From assembly GCA_024704765.1 (NCBI GenBank), contig JAKMXF010000111.1:884619-948618 (forward strand): 64,000 nt of DNA, read 5' to 3'. The stretch's first letter is position 1. The number at the start of each line of letters is the position of its first letter. This stretch comes from Oopsacas minuta (taxonomy: Eukaryota; Animalia; Porifera). The translations under genes were made by a program, and so were the position numbers. Below, one piece after another: positions 57,715 to 64,000 of this stretch. The notes under the pieces are model-generated. The model saw only the letters and a list, made by a program, of their open reading frames with translations, had not been told where the DNA came from and made no database searches.

Positions 57715-60700
57715 CTAAGTGTCCGTCTTTACATCTGAAAATATTGTCCTTTGGAATAACATAGAGTCTCCTAACAAGTTTTGCGCTGATTGAAATAATT
57801 TTAATACATTTTCTATCCCAAATAAATAACCGTCTTCATAATTTCCCGGTTTCCATTCTGACTTGTGATTAATTTTAATCCTGGGAGGGACTGGGATTGT
57901 TTTACCAAAGTCTATCATCCATAAATTAGCCTTGTTAGTGATAGCTCCATTGGAGTGAACGAACAGTAACGAAGAACCAATGAGCTATATAAATACAATA
58001 CGGTAATAATCTGGTTTCAAACAAATAAAATGATCATTTCAGTTGTAAGTAAGGTTGAAATCGAGGAATAGAGACAAATCAATCCCATAAACAAAATAAC
58101 CCGATTTCAACTCTACCTGATTCTTTTCAATAAAAGGAGATTGCTGTAGTCTAATGAGGAGTTCTTTCAATCTAGATATGTAGGTGGCCTAGAGAGATAC
58201 TCTTGAAAATATAATTCAGCAAAATTCAAATTTTATTAAACTTACCAAAAGAGTTTGGTCGAACCTACTAAATTCAAAAATACAATCTATTATCTTGTCT
58301 TTATCCTTCATCGTTTTAAAATCCTTGGAAACACCTTCCGTATTCTAAGATAGATATAATCTGATACGTGTATTCGAAATACACGTATTTTATGTATCTG
58401 ATTTAAAACAAGTTCAATTTGATAATTACCAATCTTGAGGCATGGAAAGACAGTATGCCAAAGACAACATAAGTGATGAGGACATATAAGATAAACTCAC
58501 ATGACTTACTTTAATTCCTTCTATCCTGAATCCCAGATCTACAGTTGAAGTCTGAGACTCCCTGAAAGCCATATAACGATACTTCGAGATAGCTGTTAGT
58601 TCGTTTTCCTCGTCTGTGGGTGCTTTCGGATCAACTGCACACATCTTTTCATACAAATCCTACAAATACGAGCAGACATGAACATTACTACAACCATACA
58701 TAGATCAAAGTCCAAACTACTAATCACATAAGGATGTCATATTTGTGACGTCAAATGCCATTTGAAATTATACTAACCTTACGCCATTTCGTCTTGTAGC
58801 GAGCATGTACAATTTCTTCTTCATGAAAAGTCCTGTATAGGTAAGTCAGTGTATTGATATAGTAGTATAGAGGAAGTTCGACTCCACATAATCATATAAA
58901 TTAATATAATATTACTAACCTAAGCCCAATCTTTATGTCCATGAGAGATGGGTTATCAAAGTCTCGAAGGAGATCTTGCATCTGTATGTATTCTAAACGG
59001 TATTAGCATAGAATACGGCAAATACACGCATTCAATCGAGCAAAAACTCAATGATTTGTGAAGATTAAATAACTGTAAGACCGTTTACGACAAGCCGGCA
59101 CCTGATAAGTTAGATTTAAACTTAATAAAGCCATAATTTGGGTAAGATAGTGGACAGAACTGTGAAATACTATTGAAATAGAAATTAACATAAATTAGCC
59201 AGATAAAATATGTAACAATCAGCAGAATGGTAAGATTGGCTCACTGAAAGATAAATTCAAATTTGATCAAACTTTCAGAGAAATATTTCAATATTAGAAA
59301 ATTTCCTAGTTTAGTGATCTATGGGGGAGGATTATTACGCTGGTCAAAACACAGTGAATTGATTTACTTTCATTGAATAGCATACTGAATTTATTATAGT
59401 AGTCAGCATGTTGCAATTTTTAGTATGACACAGTAAACAAAGTTCGGATATTGAAATAGAAAATTTCCAAGAATTGAGACATAGAAAGTAGATGTAGGTA
59501 GGAACATATGTTGGCTACTAGACTCTCACCTTCTCCATTAATTGTTTGAACTCCAGAAAACTTTGGTACGAATCCTTCAAGAAACGGATCTTCATTCAAT
59601 TTCTCCAAAGCAATTCTCTCAGGCATAGCAAGCTTCTTGAGAATAGTACCTGCTTCTACTCCCTGACGAAATGACCCTATAATGAATCAAAGTAAATATC
59701 GTTCACTAGAATTGTTCTAATTAAAATGATACTTACCATGATGACCAGCTAACTGAATCCAAGGATATTTCTTCCTGTAAATTTGAACGAAAGGAGACCA
59801 CATTATCATTCTACGAACCTTTAGCCACTAAACACATCAAAAAATACACAAATCGATAACCGAGTCTTATTTATACTTAATTAGATGGAGATAAAAGAAT
59901 AGCGATTTAACTCAATGCTACATATGTGCTAATAATACATAAGCCGAAAGTTCAGATAATGACATGATTGGTCATTATACGTGGTACATGATTATAATCA
60001 ATGTGGCAGTAAATTTCCACATATTATAAAAAAGCAATAATATACGTCATATGCGTAATCAAATTCCATCTATTCACGTTTTGGATATATTATTTATTCT
60101 ACAAATTGGGCTCTCCTGACTTGTCTATCTGTGATGCCAGATTTTTTGATACTGACCTAAGCCATCACATTAATATTTGATGAGTGATTTGTTAGGAAAA
60201 TTAAATTGTATGCGTTTGCAATTCCGTTGGGAAGAATCAGTGGATGTAAGAATGCACTGTATCTTTTAATTAGGTATATTACATGGCCATGATTGGTTAG
60301 AAGTCAGCGCTATTCATCAAAGTTCCATGCAATTCATCGAATTAGGAATATGCATTTCATCGATTTTACAACCCTGTACACATTTCTATGCTCCGTAGTC
60401 GGTTACTGCGATATCTATGAATGACTAGTGCCTCAAGGACATGCACATACGTATTTAATATTTGTATTTATTAACTTACACTCTCTTTGGCTTTCCTTGC
60501 TTGTGGTTTGCTATCCTTCTGCTCGGTGGAAGAGAAATCTGAATTAGAAGCACTCATAGAAGAACAAGAATCAGAAATATTGAAGGGAGAAGCTTCTCGA
60601 GAAGTGCTGATGTCAGAATTAAAATCAGAATCCTCAATTTGTTGACAAGACGGACGCCTTGTAGAGGGAATACGGAAAGTGCACATTTGCTGAGAAGTAG

Positions 60701-61112
60701 GACTGAACAAATCGTGAGAACCACATGCCACTCTATCATCAAATAATTTCTCTAAGCTCTCTGTGAGTGTGTAGACAACCGCAGCTTTTGCTGATAACTG
60801 TGAAATGTCTTCTCGGAGAGAAGAGTCAGTTTCAGAATTATTCCGTCCATCGCTTATAGAGGGAGGTTGCCCTTCTGTAGTAATATTAGAATTTTCTATT
60901 GAGTCCGGTGAGAGATAATGGAAGTCCTTAGGGCAGGACGAGGCAGTCTTGAGTGAACTGTGATTACTTAAACTCACAGAGAGCTTCGAATATGAGCCTA
61001 ATGATTGCTCAGTTAGACTTTGGATATGTTTAGTTCGAAGTACTAAAGTTTTGGACCTGCTATGATTAAAATTCTTAGACATTTTTGCATCATCAGGGGA
61101 TCGTTCTGCCAT
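57715..61112 (-). CDS. ITPK: Inositol-trisphosphate 3-kinase, multi-exon
   Basis: Exons encode WSPFV...[11 protein letters not shown]|[27 protein letters not shown]...[18 protein letters not shown]...EDGYLFG; Ser-rich first exon 61112-60480. Confidence 0.92.
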
Positions 61113-62618
61113 ATGGAAATAGTGATGGAATTGTGTGAGTCTGGTTTATATAATGAATGGAAGAGATGTTGTATTAACTCAATACTGAATGATGAACGTT
61201 TGTAACATTGAAACTGATAGATTAAACTAGTACACTAGAATGTGGAGTAATCCATCCATAACGAGACTATTGTTGCTATACACCAAAAAATTAATAGCTA
61301 CACAATCCAGGAATTCACACAAATTCTATCATAAATAGATAGCCACATTTCTTTGATTGCAATCAGCTGTACATATTCCAACTCGGTAAAGTACTCAATT
61401 AACACTAATAACGTGATAAGCACTTCAAAATAAATTTGAAACTAATGGACGGTCAGGGCTTCTATTACTATAATAACTATAGTAAAGTTCTAAATGAATA
61501 CAAGTCAACGGTAAGCTTGAAGACGCTTGAACCATGGTTTGAGGATTATCCATGCTAGCCAAATGTATTTAGGGCGATATGGTCACTGAAGGATATTTAT
61601 TGAGAAATTGGAATGACTTATTGACCAGCTACCGTATCCGTATGTGTATACCGTATCACCTCCAATAATTCCCCATCCTTGAGGCGCACAAAACTAATAA
61701 CTGTTTACAATGAATCGTCATCTCCCCTGTATGTATTTTGATTTATCTACTGTTGTTAGAATAAATACACATAAATTAATCACATACATAGGTATGATTA
61801 TATAGAAATTAGTGTGTTTACAAAAATCAAAACTTCCCTCAGGTGGCCTTAGGTTGGACAGTATGGCAACGTTCTAAGATTATTTTTGATATTTTGTAGA
61901 AAGGTGTGTATAATTTACTAAATAGTAAATATGTATAAATAATTGCTAATTCGCCTATCAGCAATATTTGTCTAAAATGGCAAGTTTTCAGGCCATTCGT
62001 ATTGGAAATAATTCCTCTAATCAAGTTCGCGTATTAGCAATGCAAAATACAACTTCCTAATCATTCTGGAATTTATTACAAGGGCGTAGCCGCGTAGGAA
62101 GCAAATTTTAAGTGATGGAGGTCAAAATATATCTCGTTATATAAATAATATGATATATATGCCCCCAAGAACTTTCGATAGCATAAACCCTCAAATACAT
62201 GTACACATGATATCACCTAAAATAACGGATTTACCGGTACTAACAAATAACAAAACCCCTACACTTAAGGAAGTCTCTCTAAACTGATCTGAGGTCAAAG
62301 TGGCTGGGCCATCTCCTCTGGTCCCACCTACTCCACCACTGAACTAGTCAATACTAGTTGGAAAATTGCTGTTCTAGAAATATATAATAATACGATTATT
62401 CTTGCAAAAATGCATTCTACAGACTACGGTTCTACAACCATGGTATATTTACTGTCAGGCCTTATTATAAAGAACTTTATGATACACCACGTACTAATAT
62501 ACATACAGTCAAAATATAGTTAAGAAATGTCTAGAGTGTTGTTAACGAAAAAGCTAAATAGTTTCCAATATTATATAGAAAACACTAAATGTACACTGGC
62601 GTCTTCTTCACTAGATAC

Positions 62619-63438
62619 CCCGGCAAATGGATGGAAGGATAGGGATAGCAACGTTTGGTGATTCATAGTATCTAAAAAACAGCTGAAATAATATACTATT
62701 ATTCATATGCATGAAGCTATCTATGAATGAATATTTAAATAATTAATATTACGTTGTTTCCTCCATAATCTCCACTCTTCTGAAAGAATCAAGCTTAAAC
62801 TCGTCATGTCTGACTGGAAAACAACTATTCTTAGTTACTGTTCGTATTGATGTCCCTACAAAATACAGTACTTAGATAATTTTGTCCAAATGTAAATGAA
62901 TTCTGTCCAATTATTCATCCTTTGATATTTGATCGAGATGCCTTGTATTTACATTAATGAACAAACATCAATAAATTACCTCTACTAGATTCCTTTCTGG
63001 CTAGTTTCAGATGCACTCCATCATTGTTCTGTGCATTCAGCCATCCTTCGGTTATATCCTCAACACAATAGTAATCCGATGGTATGCCAAACTTATGATA
63101 CTGCTCATCAGGGAACATTGAAAATTTATAACATCTATTATTAGTATCATTATTCCCAAAATCCTGATAAACATAGACTGTTCTAGCTTGTATCTAGATG
63201 AATATAATATTGTTAGTATGGAAAGAAAGTCAACAAGAAATAAGAAATATACCGATATTGTTTGACCTCCATCGACAAAAGTGTAAGGTCTATAAAATTG
63301 AAAAATAATGAAATGTGCCTCGGTAGGTGTTGGGCTGTTAGGAGTATATGTGTACTCTGTTACGCTATCAACGATCCTCATAGATGGGTCATCATGGCAA
63401 ATGTATCCTTCAAACCTTCTTGTTTTGATCGGTTCATG
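62619..63438 (-). CDS. Unannotated multi-exon gene (partial)
   Basis: GT-AG bounded exons 63289-63253, 63134-62980, 62855-62753, 62671-62619 join in phase into about 115 stop-free codons; a probable further exon starts at 63438. Product not recognised. Confidence 0.55.
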
Positions 63439-64000
63439 CTAAAACAATATATTTGTGTTGAATTATACATAACTACGTATGTAACTCGAAAGTTGAATTT
63501 CGAAATTACAAGAACAATAAAATAACATACCCGTACGATAAACATACAAATAGAACTTGCGGAAACATCTATAAGATATAGAAATTGTAAACAGTTTTGT
63601 TTAAGAGAATAATATCTAAAACATGAATTACTTACTACAAGCACACACGTATGGTTCAAATGATTCAGCTAGGTTAAGGGTATATTCCGCAGAAGCGTAT
63701 ATCACAAGCAATGAGAATAATAGTAATACTTTCATCTCTGTTCCTCAACTCAGCTAAAATAAAAACTTTTGAAGTTACTACACGTTTATATTTTGAATTT
63801 GATAAATATTAAATAAGAAAAGTTGTGCTATTTTAATAATTCATTGTTCAATAAGCTGACAGTATTACAAATAAATTAAGGTTAAGAAGCAGATAGAGTA
63901 AATGCAATAAGAGAATGAGCCTACCTGGTTAGAGAGAAATACAACCCGTGCTCTGTAACATCCCCACACTCATGGATAAGGTGAATTCAAGACATACTCA

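Overview
Eukaryotic (animal) genomic DNA: AT-rich, very gene-dense, with GT-AG introns mostly about 40-90 nt. Gene content and compactness are most consistent with a glass sponge (Hexactinellida, Oopsacas-like); this is inference, not a database hit. About 25 protein-coding genes are supported: TSR1, a di-ubiquitin-like protein, a DBHS/NONO-SFPQ protein, ANAPC11 (absent from the ORF track, recovered by splicing), GOT1, REPS-like, LHFPL, ASTE1, FIG4, cytohesin, TPR-SET, DRC1, TRAF, SH2-tailed myosin, ADAD-like, an SRCR/EGF receptor tyrosine kinase, CTDSPL2, ERC1/ELKS, an NHL protein, OTUD7-like, a small HLH protein, IP3 3-kinase and several orphans. Intergenic DNA and introns carry many short non-autonomous DNA transposons (Tc1/mariner-, hAT- and PIF-like MITEs). 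Top leads: (1) nearly every gene has a splice acceptor a few bases before its ATG, with very tight gene spacing, suggesting spliced-leader trans-splicing and possibly operons; (2) two intronless genes (TRAF, NHL) are nested antisense in introns of DRC1 and ERC1; (3) a tandem UBL protein ends in a CaaX-like tail instead of diglycine; (4) a small HLH protein has a truncated basic region (Id/Emc-like); (5) an ADAR-fold pseudo-deaminase. No prokaryotic systems, CRISPR arrays, tRNA or rRNA genes were recognised.
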